NCBI GenBank assembly: GCA_964057225.1 | Contig: OZ059897.1 | Location: 19,592,001-19,656,000 of the forward strand | From: Auanema rhodensis | Taxonomy: Eukaryota > Animalia > Nematoda | Direction of reading: 5' to 3' | Length of the DNA: 64,000 nucleotides | Shown: one piece after another, positions 27,201 through 42,813 of the stretch | Numbering within the stretch: the first letter of the stretch is position 1 | Layout of the letters: the number at the start of each line of letters is the position of its first letter | Program-made: the position numbers and the translations under genes | The notes under the pieces: generated by a model | Told to the model about the DNA's origin: nothing | Seen by the model: only the letters and a program-made list of their open reading frames with translations | Database searches by the model: none

Positions 27201-28786
27201 GGTGCATTTTTAAGCTAGCGCAAATCTGATAACACAGATCGACGCAGCTTAAAAATCCGCATCGAATGCACTATACTACATTGAAAAACGCTTAATACAA
27301 AAATTAGTTATGATCGTTTCAAAAATGATGCATTAGTGTATGTTGAGTTTCCATGTACACTCAACATTGCTTCCAAAAACATTTTGACAAAAATTTTTTC
27401 GAAAAATTTCAAAATAATTTAGCAAAAAGTAGATGTTTTTAGATTCGATTTTTCAAGGCAAAGACGATGGACAATGTTATTCAACGAAAAAATTAATTCT
27501 TCAGGGTGAAAATCGAGGATATAAGTGTGAACTTATATCAGTTGATATCTCGGTGCATTTTTAAGCTAGCGCAAATCTGATAACACAGATCGACGCAGCT
27601 TAAAAATCCGCATCGAATGCACTATACTACATTGAGAAAAGCTTAATACAAAAATTAGTTATGATCGTTTGAAAAATGATGCATTAGTGTATGTTGAGTT
27701 TCCATGTACACTCAACATTGCTTCCAAAAACATTTTGACAAAAATTTTTTCAAAAAATTTCAAAATAATTTAGCAAAAAGTAGATGTTTTTAGATTCCTT
27801 TTTTCAAGGCAAAGACGATGGACAATGTTATTCAACGAAAAAATTATTTCTTCAGGGTGAAAATCGAGGATATAAGTGTGAACTTATATCAGTTGATATC
27901 TCGGTGCATTTTTAAGCTAGCGCAAATCTGATAACACAGATCGACGCAGCTTAAAAATCCGGATCGAATGCACTATACTACATTAAGAAACGCTTGATAC
28001 AAAAATTAGTTATGATCGTTTGAAAAATGATGCATTAGTGTATGTTGAGTTTCCATGTACACTCAACATTGCTTCCAAAAACATTTTGACAAAAATTTTT
28101 TCGAAAAATTTCAAAATAATTTAGCAAAAAGTAGATGTTTTTAGATTCCATTTTTCAAGGCAAAGACGATAGACAATGTTATTCAACGGAAAAGTTAATT
28201 CTTCAGGGTGAAAATCGAGGATATAAGTGTGAACTTATATCAGTTGATATCTCGGTGCATTTTTAAGCTAGCGCAAATCTGATAACACAGATCGACGCAG
28301 CTTAAAAATCCGCATCGAATGCACTATACTACATTGAAAAACGCTTGATACAAAAATTAGTTATGATCGTTTGAAAAATGATGCATTAGTGTATGTTGAG
28401 TTTCCATGTACACTCAATATTGCTTCCAAAAACATTTTGACAAAAATTTTTTCGAAAAATTTCAAAATAATTTAGCAAAAAGTAGATGTTTTTAGATTCC
28501 TTTTTTCAAGGCAAAGACGATGGACAATGTTATTCAACGAAAAAATTATTTCTTCAGGGTGAAAATCGAGGATATAAGTGCGAACTTATATCAGTTGATA
28601 TCTCGGTGCATTTTTAAGCTAGCGCAAATCTGATAACACAGATCGACGCAGCTTAAAAATCCGCATCGAATGCACTATACTACATTGAGAAACGCTTAAT
28701 ACAAAAATTAGTTATGATCGTTTGAAAAATGATGCATTAGTGTATGTTGAGTTTCCATGTACACTCAACATTGCTTCCAAAAACAT

Positions 28787-31700
28787 TTTGACAAAAATTT
28801 TTTCGAAAAATTTCAAAATAATTTAGCAAAAAGTAGATGTTTTTAGATTCGATTTTTCAAGGCAAAGACGATGGACAATGTTATTCAACGAAAAAATTAA
28901 TTCTTCAGGGTGAAAATCGAGGATATAAGTGTGAACTTATATCAGTTGATATCTCGGTGCATTTTTAAGCTAGCGCAAATCTGATAACACAGATCGACGC
29001 AGCTTAAAAATCCGCATCGAATGCACTATACTACATTGAGAAAAGCTTAATACAAAAATTAGTTATGATCGTTTGAAAAATGATGCATTAGTGTATGTTG
29101 AGTTTCCATGTACACTCAACATTGCTTCCAAAAACATTTTGACAAAAATTTTTTCGAAAAATTTCAAAATAATTTAGCAAAAAGTAGATGTTTTTAGATT
29201 CCTTTTTTCAAGGCAAAGACGATGGACAATGTTATTCAACGAAAAAATTATTTCTTCAGGGTGAAAATCGAGGATATAAGTGTGAACTTATATCAGTTGA
29301 TATCTCGGTGCATTTTTAAGCTAGCGCAAATCTGATAACACAGATCGACGCAGCTTAAAAATCCGCATCGAATGCACTATACTACATTGAAAAACGCTTG
29401 ATACAAAAATTAGTTATGATCGTTTGAAAAATGATGCATTAGTGTATGTTGAGTTTCCATGTACACTCAACATTGCTTCCAAAAACATTTTGACAAAAAT
29501 TTTTTCGAAAAATTTCAAAATAATTTAGCAAAAAGTAGATGTTTTTAGATTCCTTTTTTCAAGGCAAAGACGATGGACAATGTTATTCAACGAAAAAATT
29601 ATTTCTTCAGGGTGAAAATCGAGGATATAAGTGTGAACTTATATCAGTTGATATCTCGGTGCATTTTTAAGCTAGCGCAAATCTGATAACACAGATCGAC
29701 GCAGCTTAAAAATCCGCATCGAATGCACTATATTACATTGAGAAACACTTGATACAAAAATTAGTTATGATCGTTTGAAAAATGATGCATTAGTGTATGT
29801 TGAGTTTCCATGTACACTCAACATTGCTTCCAAAAACATTTTGACAAAAATTTTTTCGAAAAATTTCAAAATAATTTAGCAAAAAGTAAATGTTTTAAGA
29901 TTCCATTTTTCAAGGCAAAGACGATGGACAATGTTATTCAACGAAAAAATTAATTCTTCAGGGTGAAAATCGAGGATATAAGTGTGAACTTATATCAGTT
30001 GATATCTCGGTGCATTTTTAAGCTAGCGCAAATCTGATAACACAGATCGACGCAGCTTAAAAATCCGCATCGAATGCACTATACTACATTAAGAAACGCT
30101 TGATACAAAAATTAGTTATGATCGTTTGAAAAATGATGCATTAGTGTATGTTGAGTTTCCATGTACACTCAACATTGCTTCCAAAAACATTTTGACAAAA
30201 ATTTTTTCGAAAAATTTCAAAATAATTTAGCAAAAAGTAGATGTTTTTAGATTCCATTTTTCAAGACAAAGACGATAGACAATGTTATTCAACGAAAAAA
30301 TTAATTCTTCAGGGTGAAAATCGAGGATATAAGTGTGAACTTATATCAGTTGATATCTCGGTGCATTTTTAAGCTAGCGCAAATCTGATAACACAGATCG
30401 ACGCAGCTTAAAAATCCGCATCGAATGCACTATATTACATTGAGAAACACTTGATACAAAAATTAGTTATGATCGTTTGAAAAATGATGCATTAGTGTAT
30501 GTTGAGTTTCCATGTACACTCAACATTGCTTCCAAAAACATTTTGACAAAAATTTTTTCGAAAAATTTCAAAATAATTTAGCAAAAAGTAGATGTTTTTA
30601 GATTTCTTTTTTCAAGGCAAAGACGATGGACAATGTTATTCAACGAAAAAATTAATTCTTCAGGGTGAAAATCGAGGATATAAGTGTGAACTTATATCAG
30701 TTGATATCTCGGTGCATTTTTAAGCTAGCGCAAATCTGATAACACAGATCGACGCAGCTTATAAATCCGCATCGAATGCACTATACTACATTAAGAAACG
30801 CTTGATACAAAAATTAGTTATGATCGTTTGAAAAATGATGCATTAGTGTATGTTGAGTTTCCATGTACACTCAACATTGCTTCCAAAAACATTTTGACAA
30901 AAATTTTTTCGAAAAATTTCAAAATAATTTAGCAAAAAGTAGATGTTTTTAGATTCCTTTTTTCAAGGCAAAGACGATGGACAATGTTATTCAACGAAAA
31001 AATTATTTCTTCAGGGTGAAAATCGAGGATATAAGTGTGAACTTATATCAGTTGATATCTCGGTGCATTTTTAAGCTAGCGCAAATCTGATAACACAGAT
31101 CGACGCAGCTTAAAAATCCGCATCGAATGCACTATACTACATTGAGAAACGCTTAATACAAAAATTAGTTATGATCGTTTGAAAAATGATGCATTAGTGT
31201 ATGTTGAGTTTCCATGTACACACAACATTGCTTCCAAAAACATTTTGACAAAAATTTTTTCGAAAAATTTCAAAATAATTTAGCAAAAAGTAGATGTTTT
31301 AAGATTCCATTTTTCAAGGCAAAGACGATGGACAATGTTATTCAACGAAAAAATTAATTCTTCAGGGTGAAAATCGAGGATATAAGTGTGAACTTATATC
31401 AGTTGATATCTCGGTGCATTTTTAAGCTAGCGCAAATCTGATAACACAGATCGACGCAGCTTAAAATTCCGCATCGAATGCACTATACTACATTGAGAAA
31501 CGCACAATACAAAAATTAGTTATGATCGTTTGAAAAATGATGCATTAGTGTATGTTGAGTTTCCATGTACACTCAACATTGCTTCCAAAAACATTTTGAC
31601 AAAAATTTTTTCGAAAAATTTCAAAATAATTTAACAAAAAGTAGATGTTTTTAGATTCCATTTTTCAAGGCAAAGACGATAGACAATGTTATTCAACGAA

Positions 31701-33687
31701 AAAATTAATTCTTCAGGGTGAAAATCGAGGATATAAGTGTGAACTTATATCAGTTGATATCTCGGTGCATTTTTAAGCTAGCGCAAATCTGATAACACAG
31801 ATCGACGCAGCTTAAAAATCCGCATCGAATGCACTATACTACATTGAGAAACGCTTAATACAAAAATTAGTTATGATCGTTTGAAAAATGATGCATTAGT
31901 GTATGTTGAGTTTCCATGTACACTCAACATTGCTTCCAAAAACATTTTGACAAAAATTTTTTCGAAAAATTTCAAAATAATTTAGCAAAAAGTAGATGTT
32001 TTTAGATTCCTTTTTTCAAGGCAAAGACGATGGACAATGTTATTCAACGAAAAAATTATTTCTTCAGGGTGAAAATCGAGGATATAAGTGTGAACTTATA
32101 TCAGTTGATATCTCGGTGCATTTTTAAGCTAGCGCAAATCTGATAACACAGATCGACGCAGCTTAAAAATCCGGATCGAATGCACTATACTACATTAAGA
32201 AACGCTTGATACAAAAATTAGTTATGATCGTTTGAAAAATGATGCATTAGTGTATGTTGAGTTTCCATGTACACTCAACATTGCTTCCAAAAACATTTTG
32301 ACAAAAATTTTTTCGAAAAATTTCAAAATAATTTAGCAAAAAGTAGATGTTTTTAGATTCCATTTTTCAAGGCAAAGACGATAGACAATGTTATTCAACG
32401 AAAAAATTAATTCTTCAGGGTGAAAATCGAGGATATAAGTGTGAACTTATATCAGTTGATATCTCGGTGCATTTTTAAGCTAGCGCAAATCTGATAACAC
32501 AGATCGACGCAGCTTAAAAATCCGCATCGAATGCACTATACTACATTAAGAAACGCTTGATACAAAAATTAGTTATGATCGTTTGAAAAATGATGCATTA
32601 GTGTATGTTGAGTTTCCATGTACACTCAACATTGCTTCCAAAAACATTTTGACAAAAATTTTTTCGAAAAATTTCAAAATAATTTAACAAAAAGTAGATG
32701 TTTTTAGATTCCATTTTTCAAGGCAAAGACGATAGACAATGTTATTCAACGAAAAAATTAATTCTTCAGGGTGAAAATCGAGGATATAAGTGTGAACTTA
32801 TATCAGTTGATATCTCGGTGCATTTTTAAGCTAGCGCAAATCTGATAACACAGATCGACGCAGCTTAAAAATCCGCATCGAATGCACTATACTACATTGA
32901 GAAACGCTTAATACAAAAATTAGTTATGATCGTTTGAAAAATGATGCATTAGTGTATGTTGAGTTTCCATGTACACTCAACATTGCTTCCAAAAACATTT
33001 TGACAAAAATTTTTTCGAAAAATTTCAAAATAATTTAGCAAAAAGTAGATGTTTTTAGATTCCTTTTTTCAAGGCAAAGACGATGGACAATGTTATTCAA
33101 CGAAAAAATTATTTCTTCAGGGTGAAAATCGAGGATATAAGTGTGAACTTATATCAGTTGATATCTCGGTGCATTTTTAAGCTAGCGCAAATCTGATAAC
33201 ACAGATCGACGCAGCTTAAAAATCCGGATCGAATGCACTATACTACATTAAGAAACGCTTGATACAAAAATTAGTTATGATCGTTTGAAAAATGATGCAT
33301 TAGTGTATGTTGAGTTTCCATGTACACTCAACATTGCTTCCAAAAACATTTTGACAAAAATTTCAAAATAATTTAGCAAAAAGTAGATGTTTTTAGATTT
33401 CATTTTTCAAGGCAAAGACGATAGACAATGTTATTCAACGGAAAAGTTATTTCTTCAGGGTGAAAATCGAGGATATAAGTGTGAACTTATATCAGTTGAT
33501 ATCTCGGTGCATTTTTAAGCTAGCGCAAATCTGATAACACAGATCGACGCAGCTTAAAATTCCGCATCGAATGCACTATACTACATTGAGAAACGCACAA
33601 TACAAAAATTAGTTATGATCGTTTGAAAAATGATGCATTAGTGTATGTTGAGTTTCCATGTACACTCAACATTGCTTCCAAAAACAT
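28787..33687. repeat. Copy 1 of a ~14-monomer block duplicated at ~42814-48429
   Basis: Rare variants at 30266, 30605, 30762, 31222, 31634 recur in the same order 13676 bp downstream. Confidence 0.85.
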
Positions 33688-36600
33688 TTTGACAAAAATT
33701 TTTTCGAAAAATTTCAAAATAATTTAACAAAAAGTAGATGTTTTTAGATTCCTTTTTTCAAGGCAAAGACGATGGACAATGTTATTCAACGAAAAAATTA
33801 TTTCTTCAGGGTGAAAATCGAGGATATAAGAGTGAACTTATATCAGTTGATATCTCGGTGCATTTTTAAGCTAGCGCAAATCTGATAACACAGATCGACG
33901 CAGCTTAAAAATCCGCATCGAATGCACTATACTACATTGAAAAACGCTTAATACAAAAATTAGTTATGATCGTTTGAAAAATGATGCATTAGTGTATGTT
34001 GAGTTTCCATGTACACTCAACATTGCTTCCAAAAACATTTTGACAAAAATTTTTTCGAAAAATTTCAAAATAATTTAGCAAAAAGTAGATGTTTTTAGAT
34101 TCGATTTTTCAAGGCAAAGACGATGGACAATGTTATTCAACGAAAAAATTAATTCTTCAGGGTGAAAATCGAGGATATAAGTGTGAACTTATATCAGTTG
34201 ATATCTCGGTGCATTTTTAAGCTAGCGCAAATCTGATAACACAGATCGACGCAGCTTAAAAATCCGCATCGAATGCACTATACTACATTGAGAAAAGCTT
34301 AATACAAAAATTAGTTATGATCGTTTGAAAAATGATGCATTAGTGTATGTTGAGTTTCCATGTACACTCAACATTGCTTCCAAAAACATTTTGACAAAAA
34401 TTTTTTCGAAAAATTTCAAAATAATTTAGCAAAAAGTAGATGTTTTTAGATTCCTTTTTTCAAGGCAAAGACGATGGACAATGTTATTCAACGAAAAAAT
34501 TATTTCTTCAGGGTGAAAATCGAGGATATAAGTGTGAACTTATATCAGTTGATATCTCGGTGCATTTTTAAGCTAGCGCAAATCTGATAACACAGATCGA
34601 CGCAGCTTAAAAATCCGCATCGAATGCACTATACTACATTGAAAAACGCTTGATACAAAAATTAGTTATGATCGTTTGAAAAATGATGCATTAGTGTATG
34701 TTGAGTTTCCATGTACACTCAACATTGCTTCCAAAAACATTTTGACAAAAATTTTTTCGAAAAATTTCAAAATAATTTAGCAAAAAGTAGATGTTTTTAG
34801 ATTCCTTTTTTCAAGGCAAAGACGATGGACAATGTTATTCAACGAAAAAATTATTTCTTCAGGGTGAAAATCGAGGATATAAGAGTGAACTTATATCAGT
34901 TGATATCTCGGTGCATTTTTAAGCTAGCGCAAATCTGATAACACAGATCGACGCAGCTTAAAAATCCGCATCGAATGCACTATACTACATTGAGAAACGC
35001 TTAATACAAAAATTAGTTATGATCGTTTGAAAAATGATGCATTAGTGTATGTTGAGTTTCCATGTACACTCAACATTGCTTCCAAAAACATTTTGACAAA
35101 AATTTTTTCGAAAAATTTCAAAATAATTTAGCAAAAAGTAGATGTTTTTAGATTCCTTTTTTCAAGGCAAAGACGATGGACAATGTTATTCAACGAAAAA
35201 ATTATTTCTTCAGGGTGAAAATCGAGGATATAAGAGTGAACTTATATCAGTTGATATCTCGGTGCATTTTTAAGCTAGCGCAAATCTGATAACACAGATC
35301 GACGCAGCTTAAAAATCCGCATCGAATGCACTATACTACATTGAGAAACGCTTAATACAAAAATTAGTTATGATCGTTTGAAAAATGATGCATTAGTGTA
35401 TGTTGAGTTTCCATGTACACTCAACATTGCTTCCAAAAACATTTTGACAAAAATTTTTTCGAAAAATTTCAAAATAATTTAGCAAAAAGTAGATGTTTTT
35501 AGATTCCTTTTTTCAAGGCAAAGACGATGGACAATGTTATTCAACGAAAAAATTATTTCTTCAGGGTGAAAATCGAGGATATAAGTGTGAACTTATATCA
35601 GTTGATATCTCGGTGCATTTTTAAGCTAGCGCAAATCTGATAACACAGATCGACGCAGCTTAAAAATCCGCATCGAATGCACTATATTACATTGAGAAAC
35701 ACTTGATACAAAAATTAGTTATGATCGTTTGAAAAATGATGCATTAGTGTATGTTGAGTTTCCATGTACACTCAACATTGCTTCCAAAAACATTTTGACA
35801 AAAATTTTTTCGAAAAATTTCAAAATAATTTAGCAAAAAGTAAATGTTTTAAGATTCCATTTTTCAAGGCAAAGACGATGGACAATGTTATTCAACGAAA
35901 AAATTAATTCTTCAGGGTGAAAATCGAGGATATAAGTGTGAACTTATATCAGTTGATATCTCGGTGCATTTTTAAGCTAGCGCAAATCTGATAACACAGA
36001 TCGACGCAGCTTAAGAATCCGCATCGAATGCACTATACTACATTGAGAAACGCTTAATACAAAAATTAGTTATGATCGTTTGAAAAATGATGCATTAGTG
36101 TATGTTGAGTTTCCATGTACACTCAACATTGCTTCCAAAAACATTTTGACAAGAATTTTTTCGAAAAATTTCAAAATAATTTAGCAAAAAGTAGATGTTT
36201 TTAGATTCCTTTTTTCAAGGCAAAGACGATGGACAATGTTATTCAACGAAAAAATTATTTCTTCAGGGTGAAAATCGAGGATATAAGTGTGAACTTATAT
36301 CAGTTGATATCTCGGTGCATTTTTAAGCTAGCGCAAATCTGATAACACAGATCGACGCAGCTTAAAAATCCGGATCGAATGCACTATACTACATTAAGAA
36401 ACGCTTGATACAAAAATTAGTTATGATCGTTTGAAAAATGATGCATTAGTGTATGTTGAGTTTCCATGTACACTCAACATTGCTTCCAAAAACATTTTGA
36501 CAAAAATTTTTTCGAAAAATTTCAAAATAATTTAGCAAAAAGTAGATGTTTTTAGATTCCATTTTTCAAGGCAAAGACGATAGACAATGTTATTCAACGG

Positions 36601-39600
36601 AAAAGTTAATTCTTCAGGGTGAAAATCGAGGATATAAGTGTGAACTTATATCAGTTGATATCTCGGTGCATTTTTAAGCTAGCGCAAATCTGATAACACA
36701 GATCGACGCAGCTTAAAAATCCGCATCGAATGCACTATACTACATTGAAAAACGCTTGATACAAAAATTAGTTATGATCGTTTGAAAAATGATGCATTAG
36801 TGTATGTTGAGTTTCCATGTACACTCAATATTGCTTCCAAAAACATTTTGACAAAAATTTTTTCGAAAAATTTCAAAATAATTTAGCAAAAAGTAGATGT
36901 TTTTAGATTCCTTTTTTCAAGGCAAAGACGATGGACAATGTTATTCAACGAAAAAATTATTTCTTCAGGGTGAAAATCGAGGATATAAGAGTGAACTTAT
37001 ATCAGTTGATATCTCGGTGCATTTTTAAGCTAGCGCAAATCTGATAACACAGATCGACGCAGCTTAAAAATCCGCATCGAATGCACTATACTACATTGAG
37101 AAACGCTTAATACAAAAATTAGTTATGATCGTTTGAAAAATGATGCATTAGTGTATGTTGAGTTTCCATGTACACTCAACATTGCTTCCAAAAACATTTT
37201 GACAAAAATTTTTTCGAAAAATTTCAAAATAATTTAGCAAAAAGTAGATGTTTTTAGATTCCTTTTTTCAAGGCAAAGACGATGGACAATGTTATTCAAC
37301 GAAAAAATTATTTCTTCAGGGTGAAAATCGAGGATATAAGTGTGAACTTATATCAGTTGATATCTCGGTGCATTTTTAAGCTAGCGCAAATCTGATAACA
37401 CAGATCGACGCAGCTTAAAAATCCGCATCGAATGCACTATATTACATTGAGAAACACTTGATACAAAAATTAGTTATGATCGTTTGAAAAATGATGCATT
37501 AGTGTATGTTGAGTTTCCATGTACACTCAACATTGCTTCCAAAAACATTTTGACAAAAATTTTTTCGAAAAATTTCAAAATAATTTAGCAAAAAGTAAAT
37601 GTTTTAAGATTCCATTTTTCAAGGCAAAGACGATGGACAATGTTATTCAACGAAAAAATTAATTCTTCAGGGTGAAAATCGAGGATATAAGTGTGAACTT
37701 ATATCAGTTGATATCTCGGTGCATTTTTAAGCTAGCGCAAATCTGATAACACAGATCGACGCAGCTTAAGAATCCGCATCGAATGCACTATACTACATTG
37801 AGAAACGCTTAATACAAAAATTAGTTATGATCGTTTGAAAAATGATGCATTAGTGTATGTTGAGTTTCCATGTACACTCAACATTGCTTCCAAAAACATT
37901 TTGACAAGAATTTTTTCGAAAAATTTCAAAATAATTTAGCAAAAAGTAGATGTTTTTAGATTCCTTTTTTCAAGGCAAAGACGATGGACAATGTTATTCA
38001 ACGAAAAAATTATTTCTTCAGGGTGAAAATCGAGGATATAAGTGTGAACTTATATCAGTTGATATCTCGGTGCATTTTTAAGCTAGCGCAAATCTGATAA
38101 CACAGATCGACGCAGCTTAAAAATCCGGATCGAATGCACTATACTACATTAAGAAACGCTTGATACAAAAATTAGTTATGATCGTTTGAAAAATGATGCA
38201 TTAGTGTATGTTGAGTTTCCATGTACACTCAACATTGCTTCCAAAAACATTTTGACAAAAATTTTTTCGAAAAATTTCAAAATAATTTAGCAAAAAGTAG
38301 ATGTTTTTAGATTCCATTTTTCAAGGCAAAGACGATAGACAATGTTATTCAACGGAAAAGTTAATTCTTCAGGGTGAAAATCGAGGATATAAGTGTGAAC
38401 TTATATCAGTTGATATCTCGGTGCATTTTTAAGCTAGCGCAAATCTGATAACACAGATCGACGCAGCTTAAAAATCCGCATCGAATGCACTATACTACAT
38501 TGAAAAACGCTTGATACAAAAATTAGTTATGATCGTTTGAAAAATGATGCATTAGTGTATGTTGAGTTTCCATGTACACTCAATATTGCTTCCAAAAACA
38601 TTTTGACAAAAATTTTTTCGAAAAATTTCAAAATAATTTAGCAAAAAGTAGATGTTTTTAGATTTCTTTTTTCAAGGCAAAGACGATGGACAATGTTATT
38701 CAACGAAAAAATTATTTCTTCAGGGTGAAAATCGAGGATATAAGTGCGAACTTATATCAGTTGATATCTCGGTGCATTTTTAAGCTAGCGCAAATCTGAT
38801 AACACAGATCGACGCAGCTTAAAAATCCGCATCGAATGCACTATACTACATTGAGAAACGCTTAATACAAAAATTAGTTATGATCGTTTGAAAAATGATG
38901 CATTAGTGTATGTTGAGTTTCCATGTACACTAAACATTGCTTCCAAAAACATTTTGACAAAAATTTTTTCGAAAAATTTCAAAATAATTTAGCAAAAAGT
39001 AGATGTTTTTAGATTCCTTTTTTCAAGGCAAAGACGATGGACAATGTTATTCAACGAAAAAATTATTTCTTCAGGGTGAAAATCGAGGATATAAGTGTGA
39101 ACTTATATCAGTTGATATCTCGGTGCATTTTTAAGCTAGCGCAAATCTGATAACACAGATCGACGCAGCTCAAAAATCCGCATCGAATGCACTATACTAC
39201 ATTGAAAAACGCTTAATACAAAAATTAGTTATGATCGTTTCAAAAATGATGCATTAGTGTATGTTGAGTTTCCATGTACACTCAACATTGCTTCCAAAAA
39301 CATTTTGACAAAAATTTTTTCGAAAAATTTCAAAATAATTTAGCAAAAAGTAGATGTTTTTAGATTCGATTTTTCAAGGCAAAGACGATGGACAATGTTA
39401 TTCAACGAAAAAATTAATTCTTCAGGGTGAAAATCGAGGATATAAGTGTGAACTTATATCAGTTGATATCTCGGTGCATTTTTAAGCTAGCGCAAATCTG
39501 ATAACACAGATCGACGCAGCTTAAAAATCCGCATCGAATGCACTATACTACATTGAAAAACGCTTGATACAAAAATTAGTTATGATCGTTTGAAAAATGA

Positions 39601-42600
39601 TGCATTAGTGTATGTTGAGTTTCCATGTACACTCAACATTGCTTCCAAAAACATTTTGACAAAAATTTTTTCGAAAAATTTCAAAATAATTTAGCAAAAA
39701 GTAGATGTTTTTAGATTCCTTTTTTCAAGGCAAAGACGATGGACAATGTTATTCAACGAAAAAATTATTTCTTCAGGGTGAAAATCGAGGATATAAGTGT
39801 GAACTTATATCAGTTGATATCTCGGTGCATTTTTAAGCTAGCGCAAATCTGATAACACAGATCGACGCAGCTTAAAAATCCGCATCGAATGCACTATATT
39901 ACATTGAGAAACACTTGATACAAAAATTAGTTATGATCGTTTGAAAAATGATGCATTAGTGTATGTTGAGTTTCCATGTACACTCAACATTGCTTCCAAA
40001 AACATTTTGACAAAAATTTTTTCGAAAAATTTCAAAATAATTTAGCAAAAAGTAAATGTTTTAAGATTCCATTTTTCAAGGCAAAGACGATGGACAATGT
40101 TATTCAACGAAAAAATTAATTCTTCAGGGTGAAAATCGAGGATATAAGTGTGAACTTATATCAGTTGATATCTCGGTGCATTTTTAAGCTAGCGCAAATC
40201 TGATAACACAGATCGACGCAGCTCAAAAATCCGCATCGAATGCACTATACTACATTGAAAAACGCTTAATACAAAAATTAGTTATGATCGTTTCAAAAAT
40301 GATGCATTAGTGTATGTTGAGTTTCCATGTACACTCAACATTGCTTCCAAAAACATTTTGACAAAAATTTTTTCGAAAAATTTCAAAATAATTTAGCAAA
40401 AAGTAGATGTTTTTAGATTCGATTTTTCAAGGCAAAGACGATGGACAATGTTATTCAACGAAAAAATTAATTCTTCAGGGTGAAAATCGAGGATATAAGT
40501 GTGAACTTATATCAGTTGATATCTCGGTGCATTTTTAAGCTAGCGCAAATCTGATAACACAGATCGACGCAGCTTAAAAATCCGCATCGAATGCACTATA
40601 CTACATTGAAAAACGCTTGATACAAAAATTAGTTATGATCGTTTGAAAAATGATGCATTAGTGTATGTTGAGTTTCCATGTACACTCAACATTGCTTCCA
40701 AAAACATTTTGACAAAAATTTTTTCGAAAAATTTCAAAATAATTTAGCAAAAAGTAGATGTTTTTAGATTCCTTTTTTCAAGGCAAAGACGATGGACAAT
40801 GTTATTCAACGAAAAAATTATTTCTTCAGGGTGAAAATCGAGGATATAAGTGTGAACTTATATCAGTTGATATCTCGGTGCATTTTTAAGCTAGCGCAAA
40901 TCTGATAACACAGATCGACGCAGCTTAAAAATCCGCATCGAATGCACTATATTACATTGAGAAACACTTGATACAAAAATTAGTTATGATCGTTTGAAAA
41001 ATGATGCATTAGTGTATGTTGAGTTTCCATGTACACTCAACATTGCTTCCAAAAACATTTTGACAAAAATTTTTTCGAAAAATTTCAAAATAATTTAACA
41101 AAAAGTAGATGTTTTTAGATTCCTTTTTTCAAGGCAAAGACGATGGACAATGTTATTCAACGAAAAAATTATTTCTTCAGGGTGAAAATCGAGGATATAA
41201 GTGTGAACTTATATCAGTTGATATCTCGGTGCATTTTTAAGCTAGCGCAAATCTGATAACACAGATCGACGCAGCTTAAAAATCCGCATCGAATGCACTA
41301 TATTACATTGAGAAACACTTGATACAAAAATTAGTTATGATCGTTTGAAAAATGATGCATTAGTGTATGTTGAGTTTCCATGTACACTCAACATTGCTTC
41401 CAAAAACATTTTGACAAAAATTTTTTCGAAAAATTTCAAAATAATTTAGCAAAAAGTAAATGTTTTAAGATTCCATTTTTCAAGGCAAAGACGATGGACA
41501 ATGTTATTCAACGAAAAAATTAATTCTTCAGGGTGAAAATCGAGGATATAAGTGTGAACTTATATCAGTTGATATCTCGGTGCATTTTTAAGCTAGCGCA
41601 AATCTGATAACACAGATCGACGCAGCTCAAAAATCCGCATCGAATGCACTATACTACATTGAAAAACGCTTAATACAAAAATTAGTTATGATCGTTTCAA
41701 AAATGATGCATTAGTGTATGTTGAGTTTCCATGTACACTCAACATTGCTTCCAAAAACATTTTGACAAAAATTTTTTCGAAAAATTTCAAAATAATTTAG
41801 CAAAAAGTAGATGTTTTTAGATTCGATTTTTCAAGGCAAAGACGATGGACAATGTTATTCAACGAAAAAATTAATTCTTCAGGGTGAAAATCGAGGATAT
41901 AAGTGTGAACTTATATCAGTTGATATCTCGGTGCATTTTTAAGCTAGCGCAAATCTGATAACACAGATCGACGCAGCTTAAAAATCCGCATCGAATGCAC
42001 TATACTACATTGAAAAACGCTTGATACAAAAATTAGTTATGATCGTTTGAAAAATGATGCATTAGTGTATGTTGAGTTTCCATGTACACTCAACATTGCT
42101 TCCAAAAACATTTTGACAAAAATTTTTTCGAAAAATTTCAAAATAATTTAGCAAAAAGTAGATGTTTTTAGATTCCTTTTTTCAAGGCAAAGACGATGGA
42201 CAATGTTATTCAACGAAAAAATTATTTCTTCAGGGTGAAAATCGAGGATATAAGTGTGAACTTATATCAGTTGATATCTCGGTGCATTTTTAAGCTAGCG
42301 CAAATCTGATAACACAGATCGACGCAGCTTAAAAATCCGCATCGAATGCACTATATTACATTGAGAAACACTTGATACAAAAATTAGTTATGATCGTTTG
42401 AAAAATGATGCATTAGTGTATGTTGAGTTTCCATGTACACTCAACATTGCTTCCAAAAACATTTTGACAAAAATTTTTTCGAAAAATTTCAAAATAATTT
42501 AGCAAAAAGTAAATGTTTTAAGATTCCATTTTTCAAGGCAAAGACGATGGACAATGTTATTCAACGAAAAAATTAATTCTTCAGGGTGAAAATCGAGGAT

Positions 42601-42813
42601 ATAAGTGTGAACTTATATCAGTTGATATCTCGGTGCATTTTTAAGCTAGCGCAAATCTGATAACACAGATCGACGCAGCTTATAAATCCGCATCGAATGC
42701 ACTATACTACATTAAGAAACGCTTAATACAAAAATTAGTTATGATCGTTTCAAAAATGATGCATTAGTGTATGTTGAGTTTCCATGTACACTCAACATTG
42801 CTTCCAAAAACAT

